In this document: positions 47,398-55,579 of the stretch, piece by piece
How the letters are laid out: each line of letters opens with the position of its first letter
Position numbering within the stretch: position 1 is the first letter of the stretch
Assembly (NCBI GenBank): GCA_963755025.1
Contig: CAVWIH010000014.1
Coordinates: forward strand, 224,001 to 288,000
Length of the DNA: 64,000 bases
Reading direction: 5' to 3'
From: an uncultured Actinomycetes bacterium
GTDB lineage: Bacteria; Actinomycetota; Thermoleophilia; UBA2241
Notes under the pieces: model-generated
Told to the model about the DNA's origin: nothing
Database searches by the model: none
The model's input: only the letters and a program-made list of their open reading frames with translations
Program-made: the position numbers and the translations under genes

Positions 47398-47781
47398 ATG
47401 AGCGACCAGACCAGCACGACGATCCGCATCGCCATTCCCTCCGAGGCGCCCGGCGGCCTCGAAGCCCGCCGCTCAGGCCACTTCGGCCGCTGTGAGTGCT
47501 TCACGATGGTCGACGTGACCGACGGCGCAGTGGGTGAGGTCGAGATCCTCGAAAACGCGCCGCACACCGAGGGCGGCTGCCTGGGCCCAGTCACGCTGCT
47601 CGCCGAGCACAACGTCGACGCCATCGTCGTCGACGGCATCGGCGGCCGCCCGTTGATGGGCTTCAACCAGGTGGGCATCGCCGTGCACGCCGGTATCGGC
47701 GGCGACGTGCAGTCCGCCGTCTCCGCCTACCTTCAGGGCGGCCTGCCGGTCGTTGGACTCGAAGGCTCCTGCCAGCACTGA
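47398..47781 (+). CDS. NifB/NifX-family (Nitro_FeMo-Co) protein
   Basis: RIAIP, SGHFGRC, HTEGGC, DGIGGRP. Confidence 0.85.
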   Translation: MSDQTSTTIRIAIPSEAPGGLEARRSGHFGRCECFTMVDVTDGAVGEVEILENAPHTEGGCLGPVTLLAEHNVDAIVVDGIGGRPLMGFNQVGIAVHAGIGGDVQSAVSAYLQGGLPVVGLEGSCQH

Positions 47782-47866
47782 TCGGCGAGCGAAGAAGCCC
47801 GTCGCTAACCCGAACGGGTCAGAGGGTGCCGCCACGAACGCAGGCAACGAACCGGGAGTCAAGCTC

Positions 47867-48304
47867 ATGAAGAAGATAGGCATCATCATCTGCGATCGCT
47901 ATCACACGTGCGCCGGGGGCAAATGCCTGCGCGCCATGCGAGAGCGCGACGGCGCATTCGCCGTCTACGGGAACGAAGAGATCGAGCTGGTCGGGTTCAC
48001 CACCTGCGGCGGCTGCCCCGGGGGCAACGTGGAGTACGCTCCCGCGGAGATGAAGAAGAACGGCGCCGAGGTGATCCACCTGGCTACCGGCCTGGTGGTC
48101 GGCTATCCGCCCTGCCCGAGGATCGATGCGTTCGGCGAGTTCATCCCTGCCAAGTACGGCCTGGACGTCGTCGTGGGTACCCACCCCATCCCCGAAAACT
48201 ACTATCAGACGCATGAAGCCCTGGGGACCTGGAGCTCGGCCGACTGGCAGCGTCGTATCGAGCACATCGTGACGGACCCCGAGACGCGCCGGGCATACGA
48301 CTGA
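47867..48304 (+). CDS. CGGC-domain protein
   Basis: ICDRYHTCAGGKC, TCGGCPG, IHLATG, PPCP, VGTH. Confidence 0.88.
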   Translation: MKKIGIIICDRYHTCAGGKCLRAMRERDGAFAVYGNEEIELVGFTTCGGCPGGNVEYAPAEMKKNGAEVIHLATGLVVGYPPCPRIDAFGEFIPAKYGLDVVVGTHPIPENYYQTHEALGTWSSADWQRRIEHIVTDPETRRAYD

Positions 48305-48311
48305 CCCTGGC

Positions 48312-48357
48312 CGGGAGAGGGGCAGAGGCCGGTCGGCCGGCCTCTGCCCCTCTCCCG
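48312..48357. terminator. Perfect 21-bp hairpin between convergent units
   Basis: CGGGAGAGGGGCAGAGGCCGG-TCGG-CCGGCCTCTGCCCCTCTCCCG. Confidence 0.75.
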
Positions 48358-48564
48358 ACATTCACGCGAGGAGTGGCGCCGGCCGAGTGCGCCGCCGGTG
48401 GCTGCCCGCGGTCCGCCACCGCCCAGACAACGACCGGCAACGGCGGCTACCGTCGCGGCGGTCGCGATGAGCTTCCACCTCATGCGCCAACCTCTCGTCG
48501 CCGGTGTGTCTTGCTTGGGTCGATCGCCGTGCGGTGCGTCCGCTTGGCCGCGCACGACGGCGCC

Positions 48565-49083
48565 TCAGAGACCGAGCTCGATCAGGCTCTGCCGGTTCCG
48601 GGCCGAGTCGCGCAGCATCAGCGGCGGACAATCGTCAAGGCTCTTTTCGCCCTCGATGAGCGCGACGGCATAGGCCATGCACGACGGGACCCCACAATCG
48701 CCGCAGTTGGCGCGAGGCAGGAGCCTGAAGACCTCGAGAGCCTTCGGCTTTGAGCGGAGGGAGAAGTCGGGTGTCAGGTGTTCGCGCGAGTCCCAGGGCT
48801 GATTGAGGAACCGGACGAGCTTCTCGACCTCGCGCTCGGCATGGTCTCTATCGCTCAAGTTGCTGATGCCGAACTGGCGCGACCTCAGGAAGACCTTGTG
48901 GGCTCCCTTTCTCCACACCAGCGTCGGAACGCTCGGGCTGAACTCGCCCTTCTCGACGGCACCGTTGACGTAGGGCATCAGCTCGCTCAGCTCCACAATG
49001 GTGTCGACCGTCGCCGCCCAGGCCTCGGCCCCCGGGTGGCAGGCCGGGCAATACAGGTCTATCTCGTAACTGTCGATCAACAT
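48565..49083 (-). CDS. Fe-S-binding protein with a C-terminal RnfB/AcsC-type FeS domain
   Basis: PACHPG, ELMPYVN, LLPRANCGDCGVPSCMAYA...CPPL. Confidence 0.82.
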   Translation of the reverse strand: MLIDSYEIDLYCPACHPGAEAWAATVDTIVELSELMPYVNGAVEKGEFSPSVPTLVWRKGAHKVFLRSRQFGISNLSDRDHAEREVEKLVRFLNQPWDSREHLTPDFSLRSKPKALEVFRLLPRANCGDCGVPSCMAYAVALIEGEKSLDDCPPLMLRDSARNRQSLIELGL

Positions 49084-49308
49084 GAGCGCGACACCCCTCC
49101 GTGCGGTACCGTACCCAGCGACACCATGCTCGGCCGGATACGCGTGCAACGGCCTGCTCCAGGGAGGCGCCATGAATGCCGGCAGCGATTCGACCAGAGA
49201 CCACGACCTCGACGGGTTACCGGCACACCTCGCACGATCGCGCGGTACTCCGCCGACGCGCGTCGCCAGCTCCGCCCGTACGGTCAGGGCCGCAGATCGC
49301 GCGGCGTC

Positions 49309-49833
49309 ATGGCAGTAGACAGCTTCGAGGGACGGATGCCTCTGATCGGCGCAGGGACGTGGGTCCATCCCCCGGCCGAGGTCTTCGGCGACGTCCGCAT
49401 CGGAGAGCGCTGCTGGATCGGACCGGGCGCGCGACTCCGCGGTGACTACGGTACGATCGTGCTGGGCGACTGCTGTGCCGTCGAAGACAACTGCGTGATC
49501 CATGCCCGCCCGGGCGAGACCTGCACGCTCGGCTCGTGGGTGACGCTCGGCCATGGCTGCGTGGTGCACAACGTAGCGCTTCTCGGTGACTACGCCGTCG
49601 TCGGCATGGGATCTGTCGTCAGCGACTGGGCCGACGTCGGCGAGTGGGCCGTCGTCGCCGAGGGAGCCGTCGTAAGGCAACGGTTCGTGGTGCCTCCTGC
49701 GACGATCGCCGCAGGCGTGCCGGCGCGCTTGCTCGAGAGGCCCGTCGACGACGAGTTCCGCGCCGCGTGGCTCGGTTTCAAGCAGCTCTACGTCGATCTC
49801 TGCGAGCGATATCGCGCCGGCTATGGCCGATAA
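49309..49833 (+). CDS. Gamma-class carbonic anhydrase family protein
   Basis: RLRGDYG, EDNCVIH, LGHGCVVH hexapeptide repeats. Confidence 0.88.
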   Translation: MAVDSFEGRMPLIGAGTWVHPPAEVFGDVRIGERCWIGPGARLRGDYGTIVLGDCCAVEDNCVIHARPGETCTLGSWVTLGHGCVVHNVALLGDYAVVGMGSVVSDWADVGEWAVVAEGAVVRQRFVVPPATIAAGVPARLLERPVDDEFRAAWLGFKQLYVDLCERYRAGYGR

Positions 49834-49912
49834 AGGCGACCGTGTGAGTCCCGCCTTCGGGGCCACCGCCGGCGTTCCCCGCTCCGCTCCAAGCTGAACG
49901 CCGGCGCTGGCC

Positions 49913-50308
49913 TCAGCCCAGGGCGGCGACGACGCGCGTGAAGCGCTGCTTCACCTCGGCGGCGATCTGGTCGAGCACGGGGTTGGCGATCTGGCCGAGC
50001 ATGCCGGCCGGGTCGACCGCGCTCACGTGCGTGCCGTCGGCCGCCTCGTAGACGACGACGTTACAGGGCAGGAACACGCCCAAGTCGGGTTCGGCCTCGA
50101 GCGCCTGGTGGGCGAGCCGCGGGTTGCAGGCGCCGATGATGAGGTAGCGACCGCGCTCGATGCCGAGCTTCTCCTTGAGCGCGCCCCGCACGTCGATCTC
50201 GCTCAGTACGCCGAAGCCCTCATCCTTAAGCGCTTCTTTGACGCGCGGCACGACCTCGTCGTAGGGCGCGGCGAGCGTCGTGCCGATCGCATAAGCAGGT
50301 ACGTCCAT
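49913..50308 (-). CDS. DUF302-domain protein
   Basis: EGFGVLSEID, IIGACNP, FLPCNVVV. Confidence 0.9.
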   Translation of the reverse strand: MDVPAYAIGTTLAAPYDEVVPRVKEALKDEGFGVLSEIDVRGALKEKLGIERGRYLIIGACNPRLAHQALEAEPDLGVFLPCNVVVYEAADGTHVSAVDPAGMLGQIANPVLDQIAAEVKQRFTRVVAALG

Positions 50309-50343
50309 GGCTCCCCCTTCGATTCCGACTCCGTGCACCACGG

Positions 50344-50359
50344 ATACCCACCAGGGTAT
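50344..50359. promoter_or_regulatory. CsoR/CstR/RcnR-family operator
   Basis: ATACCC-ACCA-GGGTAT, 35 nt upstream of the DUF302 gene. Confidence 0.75.
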
Positions 50360-50558
50360 AAGCGCAACCTCAGGTCCAGGACCAGCCTGGTCAGACGCAC
50401 CGGGTAGACGACACCGCCCAGACCGCGCACACTAAGAGGCGAGCGCGACTCGCCGCCGCGGCCACGACGCTGAGCGCCACAGCCACGCAGGCGGCCGCGA
50501 ACGGCGCGGCAGGCGCACGCGGAAGGAGCCGACCATCGACAGGCAGACGCCCCAGGGC

Positions 50559-51275
50559 ATGTCCTCCATGACCGACTGCGGGGTGTGTGGCCGGCCGCTG
50601 GTCTACGCGGCCACGGCCGCCGAGCGCACCTGCGATGGCTGCGGAGCGACGCAGACCACCATGATCTGGTGCCCCGCGGGCCATTTCGTGTGCGACGCCT
50701 GCCACGGGGCCACTGCCGCGGAGAGCGTGCGCCGCCTGCTGGCGGCGACGACCTCGCCCGACCCCGGCGCCATCCTCGAACAGCTCATGGCGCTCCCCGG
50801 CCTGCCCATGCACGGCCCCGAGCACCACGCCATCGTACCCGGCGTCATCGTGGCGGCCGCGCGCAACGCCGGCGCGGCAGTGCCCGAGGGCGCCCTCGAG
50901 AGCGCGCTCGCGCGGGGCGCCAAGGTGCCGGGCGGCTGGTGCGGCTACTACGGCGCCTGCGGGGCCGCCCTCGGCGTCGGCGTTGCGGTGAGCGTGCTGA
51001 GCGCGGCGACGCCGCTCACCGGCAGGGAGCGCTCGCTCGCCCTGGGCGCCACCTCGTTTGCCTTGGCGCGCATGGTCGACGACCAGCCGCGCTGCTGCAA
51101 GCGAGCCTCGCGGCTGGCCGTCGAAGCGGCGGTCGAGTACCTGCGCGACCACCTCGACATCGGCCTGCCGGCCGGCGACCGGGCGCGCTGCGCTTCGTCG
51201 GGCCGCAACGCGCAGTGCGCGGGGCCGGCCTGCGCGTTCCACCCACGACACGTCGAGGGCGTGCGCGAGAGCTAG
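50559..51275 (+). CDS. Cys-rich DUF5714-like protein
   Basis: CGVCG, CDGCG, CPAGHFVCDACH, MHGPEHH, CGYYGACG, PRCCKR. Confidence 0.78.
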   Translation: MSSMTDCGVCGRPLVYAATAAERTCDGCGATQTTMIWCPAGHFVCDACHGATAAESVRRLLAATTSPDPGAILEQLMALPGLPMHGPEHHAIVPGVIVAAARNAGAAVPEGALESALARGAKVPGGWCGYYGACGAALGVGVAVSVLSAATPLTGRERSLALGATSFALARMVDDQPRCCKRASRLAVEAAVEYLRDHLDIGLPAGDRARCASSGRNAQCAGPACAFHPRHVEGVRES

Positions 51276-52108
51276 GCCGCCCTGGTCGAGTCCGACGCGC
51301 TGTCGGCCCGCTTGCGCTCAAGCTCTTCGAAGAACTCCACGAGCACCGGTGCGACGATCTGCGGGTTCACGCTGTGCGTCTGGCCCTCGAGCTCGCGGTA
51401 GCGCGCCCCGGGGATGGCCTGGGCCAGCGCCAGCGCCACGGTGCGCATGGGCGCCGCCGCCGCGCCGCCGTTCATGACGAGCGTCGGCACGGTCAGGGCC
51501 GCGGCTCGCGCGGTGGGCGCCAGACGGTCCTCACCGACGACGCGGTTGTCGTAGGCGAGCGTCGGGGCGATGGCCTTCATGGTCTGCGCCGTGGGGCTGC
51601 CGCGCATCGCGTCGATCTGCTCGGCCGGCACGCCGACCAGCGTCATGAACAGCTCTACGGCGTCGCCCCGGCGGTCGGCGGCCAGGAGCCCGTCGAGCCT
51701 CACCGTGTACTCGCGGCGCTGCTCGGCGGCAGCGGCGTCGGCCACATACGGCGCCTCGTACATGGCCAGGCCCGTCACCTTGCCGGTGAGCTTGAGGGCG
51801 GTCTCAAGGCCCAGCGCCGCGCCCGAGGAATGACCGTACAGGAACGCCGCGCCGCCGACCTCATCCAGGAGGGCATCGATGTCGTCGATCTCGCGGTCGA
51901 CCGCGTAGGGCGGCGTGTCGCCGCTGTCGCCGCGACCGCGACGGTCGTACCCGACGACGCTGAAGCGCTCCGAGAGGAGCGCCGCCAAGGGCGGCATGGG
52001 GCCGAACGCCCGCGAGCTGAGCGCGCCGTAGACAAGGATCACCGGCGGTCCTTCACCAGACCTGTCGTAGGCGATCCGCGTACCGTCGCGCGAAGTCACG
52101 TCCTCCAT
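51272..52108 (-). CDS. Alpha/beta hydrolase
   Basis: SRDGTRIAY, YDRRGRGDS, GHSSG nucleophile elbow. Confidence 0.9.
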   Translation of the reverse strand: MEDVTSRDGTRIAYDRSGEGPPVILVYGALSSRAFGPMPPLAALLSERFSVVGYDRRGRGDSGDTPPYAVDREIDDIDALLDEVGGAAFLYGHSSGAALGLETALKLTGKVTGLAMYEAPYVADAAAAEQRREYTVRLDGLLAADRRGDAVELFMTLVGVPAEQIDAMRGSPTAQTMKAIAPTLAYDNRVVGEDRLAPTARAAALTVPTLVMNGGAAAAPMRTVALALAQAIPGARYRELEGQTHSVNPQIVAPVLVEFFEELERKRADSASDSTRAA

Positions 52109-52294
52109 GGCGCCTGCCCTTCTCTCGCTTAGCAGCTGTCGCAGAAGTGGTTTCCGGGCGGCGCGCACCGAAACCATGAGAGCACCTCGTGAGTGAGGAC
52201 GATCGGCGCGGCGCGCGCCGCCGGCGCGTGCGCTGCCGCCGGCAAGTGCGCCACCGCCACGCGCGTGCCTGCCGCGCGTGGCAGGCGCCCGCCG

Positions 52295-53029
52295 TCAGTC
52301 GACGTCGCGGCGGACCGTGAGGGCGGTGCCCACCGCGAATAGCGCGCCCGTCCAGGCGATCAGCACGAGGCCGCCGACGGCCGGCGTCAACAGATGGTTC
52401 GCCGTAAGACCGGTGAGCGCGTTCGAGGCCTGCTCCGGCCCGAAACGGCCGACCGACGGGGCGAAGGCGAACACCAGGTTCTCGACGACGAAGCCCCAGG
52501 CGAGCAAGGCGATCACGCCGGCGACCTGGTTGCGCACGATGGCTCCCAGTCCGACCCCGAGCCCGCCCCACAGGACCACCCCGGCGACCGTGCCGCCCAG
52601 CAGCAGCGCGGTCTGCCCGCCGTTGAAGGCATACGGCACGCCGCGACCCACCAGGATGACGTAGCCGACGCCAAAGCCGAGCAGCTCGCCCACGACGCCG
52701 AAAGCCAGGCCGGTGAGCATGCTGGCGACCAGCTTGGCGCCCAGCACGCGCGACCAGCGCGGCGTGAAGAGAAAGGTCGGCCGTACGGTGCCGTGGCGGT
52801 ACTCGCTCGTCACCGCGAGCAGGCCGGCGAGGGCCGCGAACAGCCCCGCGACCCCGCCGAAGCCCAGCAGGTCGCCCTGCGTGCTCTTGCCGGCGAGGAG
52901 GTCGGCCGAGCTGAGCAGCCCGGTCAGCAAGACGAAGAGCAGCACGAGGGCGATCATGCCGGCCACGAGACCGAGCATGGTGCGGGTCGAGCGGATCTTG
53001 AGGAGCTCTGCTTTCACCTGGGCGTTCAT
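52295..53029 (-). CDS. ABC-2 transporter permease
   Basis: AELLKIRSTR, TSEYRHGT, about six TM helices. Confidence 0.88.
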   Translation of the reverse strand: MNAQVKAELLKIRSTRTMLGLVAGMIALVLLFVLLTGLLSSADLLAGKSTQGDLLGFGGVAGLFAALAGLLAVTSEYRHGTVRPTFLFTPRWSRVLGAKLVASMLTGLAFGVVGELLGFGVGYVILVGRGVPYAFNGGQTALLLGGTVAGVVLWGGLGVGLGAIVRNQVAGVIALLAWGFVVENLVFAFAPSVGRFGPEQASNALTGLTANHLLTPAVGGLVLIAWTGALFAVGTALTVRRDVD

Positions 53030-53922
53030 GGCTGGACCTCCGCCGTGAGATCGAGAAAGACTTCTTCGAGCGAGGAGCCCTCGGTGACGAGCTCGTGCAG
53101 CGGGATGCCGGCGGCGCAGGCGATGTCGCCGACACGAGCCGCCGCGGCGCCGTGCACGAGCAGGGCGTGCTCGTTGCTGGTCGTGACGGCGATGCCCTCG
53201 CGCTGCAGCGCCTCTGCCAGCCGCGCCTGCTGCGGGCTGCGCACGCGCACCGCGTCGCCGATGCGCGCGGTGAGCTCGTCGAGCGGCGACTCGGCGACGA
53301 GCCGTCCGTGACTCACGATCAGGACCTGATCGACCGTCTGGGCGACCTCGGCCAGCACGTGGCTCGAGACCAGCACCGTGTGGCCCTGTGCCGCGAAGGC
53401 ACGCAGAAAGTCGCGCAGCCAGCGCACGCCCTCGGGGTCGAGGCCGTTGGCGGGCTCGTCAAGCACCAGCAGCTCGGGGTCGCCGAGCAGCGCCGCCGCC
53501 AGGCCCAGCCGCTGACGCATGCCCAACGAGTAGCCCTTGACCCGCCGCCCGGCCGCGTCGTGCAGCTCGACCAGGCGCAGCACCTCGTCGGTGCGCGAAT
53601 CGGGGAGCCCGACGGCGCAGGCCAGCGAGCGCAGGTGGTCGCGGCCCGAGCGTCCGGGGTGAAAGTCGGTGGCCTCGAGCACGGCGCCCACGCGCAGGGG
53701 GGCCCGCTCCAGCTCGGCGTAGGGCTTGCCGAAGATCAACGCCCGCCCACTGGTGGGCGCCGCCAGACCGAGCAGCATGCGCAAGGTCGTCGTCTTGCCG
53801 GCGCCGTTGGGCCCGAGAAAGCCGGTGATGGTGCCGGCTTCGAGGGCGAACGAAAGGTCGTCGACCGCGGTCAGACGACCGAACCGCTTGGTCAGCGACT
53901 CAGCTACGACAACTGGGGCCAC
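53026..53922 (-). CDS. ABC transporter ATP-binding protein
   Basis: [26 protein letters not shown]. Confidence 0.93.
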   Translation of the reverse strand: MAPVVVAESLTKRFGRLTAVDDLSFALEAGTITGFLGPNGAGKTTTLRMLLGLAAPTSGRALIFGKPYAELERAPLRVGAVLEATDFHPGRSGRDHLRSLACAVGLPDSRTDEVLRLVELHDAAGRRVKGYSLGMRQRLGLAAALLGDPELLVLDEPANGLDPEGVRWLRDFLRAFAAQGHTVLVSSHVLAEVAQTVDQVLIVSHGRLVAESPLDELTARIGDAVRVRSPQQARLAEALQREGIAVTTSNEHALLVHGAAAARVGDIACAAGIPLHELVTEGSSLEEVFLDLTAEVQP

Positions 53923-53966
53923 GTGGTCACCGCCATTTCCTTCGCTACAGAGGTCGATGGGACGAA

Positions 53967-54617
53967 TCAGAGGCCGAGCAGGCGGCCGCGCGCCGCAGCG
54001 CGGTCGACTCCAAGACCGGCAAACAGCTCGGCCGCGGGATCGGGAGGCTCGAGCTCGAGAAGCGCGGCCAGCACGTGCTGCGGGCCGAGGTGCCGGCCGC
54101 CGACGCGGCGCATCTCTTTGCTGGAGTCGCGCAGGAGAGCCTTGGCCGCGGGCGTGAGCGGCAGGCGGCCCTCCAGGACGTCTTTGAACTTGGGCCGCCG
54201 CGCGCGGCCGGCGGGCGGAGCGTCGGCGGGCGGGACGTCGGCGGGCGGGGCGTCGGCGGGCGGGGCGTCGGCGGGCGGGGCGTCGCTGAGCGGCGCTTCG
54301 CCGGGCAGCGTTCCCGCAGCCTGCCCGGGTGTGTCGGAGGCGAGCGCGAACGGCGCGGCGCCGGTGAGCACGACGCCCACGGCGCCCAGGGCGTCGCGGT
54401 CGAGCGCCTCGAGCTGCGCCCTGGCGCTCGCCAGGTCGGCGCCGAGCGCGCCCGCCAGGGCCGGCTCCATAAGCAGGGCCAGCACGAGATGCTCGGTGCC
54501 GACCTTGTGGTCGCCGCGACGCCGCGCCTCGTGGCGCGCGGCTATGTACGTGGTCCAGGGGTGATAGTCGTCGGCGGGCGGGCGATTGCGGCGGGTGTGC
54601 TCGATCACGGGGCTCAC
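53967..54617 (-). CDS. Standalone Clp N-terminal domain protein with an internal (DAPPA)n repeat
   Basis: EARRRGDHKVGTEHLVLALL and LTPAAK...HLGPQHVLAALL; 15-bp tandem repeat at about 54212-54285. Confidence 0.82.
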   Translation of the reverse strand: MSPVIEHTRRNRPPADDYHPWTTYIAARHEARRRGDHKVGTEHLVLALLMEPALAGALGADLASARAQLEALDRDALGAVGVVLTGAAPFALASDTPGQAAGTLPGEAPLSDAPPADAPPADAPPADVPPADAPPAGRARRPKFKDVLEGRLPLTPAAKALLRDSSKEMRRVGGRHLGPQHVLAALLELEPPDPAAELFAGLGVDRAAARGRLLGL

Positions 54618-54817
54618 TTGCCGTACTTCGCGTGCACCGACTGGCGCGTGACGCCCAGGGCGTCGCCGATCTCCTGCCACGTCCAGCCCTGGCGCCGGGC
54701 CACGGCGACGCGCTCGGCCTCGAGGCGCTCGGCCAGGCGGCGCAGGGCGAGCACCGCGCGCAGGCCCTTGGCCGGGTCGTCGGGCGATCCGTCGATCGGA
54801 GGCAGGTCGTCGTCCAC
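54614..54817 (-). CDS. Small HTH protein translationally coupled to the ClpN gene
   Basis: ARRQGWTWQEIGDALGVTRQSVHAKY. Confidence 0.82.
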   Translation of the reverse strand: MDDDLPPIDGSPDDPAKGLRAVLALRRLAERLEAERVAVARRQGWTWQEIGDALGVTRQSVHAKYGK

Positions 54818-54820
54818 GCT

Positions 54821-54865
54821 TGTCAATCTACATTGACGAAGGAGGGCTGTCAAACGAGATTGACA
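54821..54865. promoter_or_regulatory. Two TGTCAA-N6-TTGAC(A/G) palindromic operators
   Basis: TGTCAATCTACATTGACG (54821-54838) and TGTCAAACGAGATTGACA (54848-54865), directly before the HTH start. Confidence 0.7.
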
Positions 54866-54950
54866 CCTGAGGAGCAACGCCTGCACCGGCGCGACAGCGG
54901 CCGGGTCGCGCTGTATCGTGTCGTCCATGAAGAGAAGGCGCGGCGAGAAC

Positions 54951-55547
54951 ATGCGATCGGAGCCGGCCGGCACCGATCGCCACAGGGTGATCGTCGCCGT
55001 GGCGCTGGCCGTGGCGTTCGGCGCGACGATGTCGGTCGTCAAGGGCAACGGCAGCGGCGTGCGCGACGCCGTGGGCAACGTCAGCGCACCCTGGGTGCTG
55101 CTGCCGTTCTTCGCCGGGGCCTTCGCAGGCCGGCGGAGCGTCGGCCGTGCCGCGGTCGTCGGCTGCGCCGTATCGCTCGCCGCGCTCGCCGGCTTTTACG
55201 TGGCGAATGCCTTCGTGCTCGACTTCGGGCCGCACCCGTGGCTGCACGATCTTCGCCTGGCGGTGCTGAGCGGCCGGCTCTACTTCGAGTACGGCGTCGT
55301 GAGCGGACCGCTCTTCGGGGCGCTCGGCGGCTGGTGGCAGCGACGGCGCGCCACGCTGGTCGGCGTACTGGTGACCGCGCTCCTGCTCTTCGAACCGCTG
55401 GCCTGGCTTGCTTATGCGCACGCGCACCACATGCCGGCGTCGACGCTCGCCTATTTCGCCAACCCCGTCGTGTGGGGCCTCGAGGTCGCGGCCGGCATCG
55501 CGGCCTGCACGGTGGCGGCCACGGTGGCGCGGCCGGCCGAGCCGTAA
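54951..55547 (+). CDS. Membrane protein (DUF6518-like)
   Basis: GNVSAPWVLLPFFAG, GPLFGALGGWW; multiple TM helices. Confidence 0.65.
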   Translation: MRSEPAGTDRHRVIVAVALAVAFGATMSVVKGNGSGVRDAVGNVSAPWVLLPFFAGAFAGRRSVGRAAVVGCAVSLAALAGFYVANAFVLDFGPHPWLHDLRLAVLSGRLYFEYGVVSGPLFGALGGWWQRRRATLVGVLVTALLLFEPLAWLAYAHAHHMPASTLAYFANPVVWGLEVAAGIAACTVAATVARPAEP

Positions 55548-55579
55548 CGCCCGGGGAGCCGCTCGCCGGGCGCGTCTCG

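Noticed and set aside
47398-47781. Nitrogen fixation
   Set aside because: NifB/NifX-family domains are common in non-diazotrophs and no nifHDK genes are present
48362-48483. Small secreted protein MRWKLIATAATVAAV on the minus strand
   Set aside because: Signal-like start, but the frame is ambiguous and runs into the terminator hairpin; too little support to call
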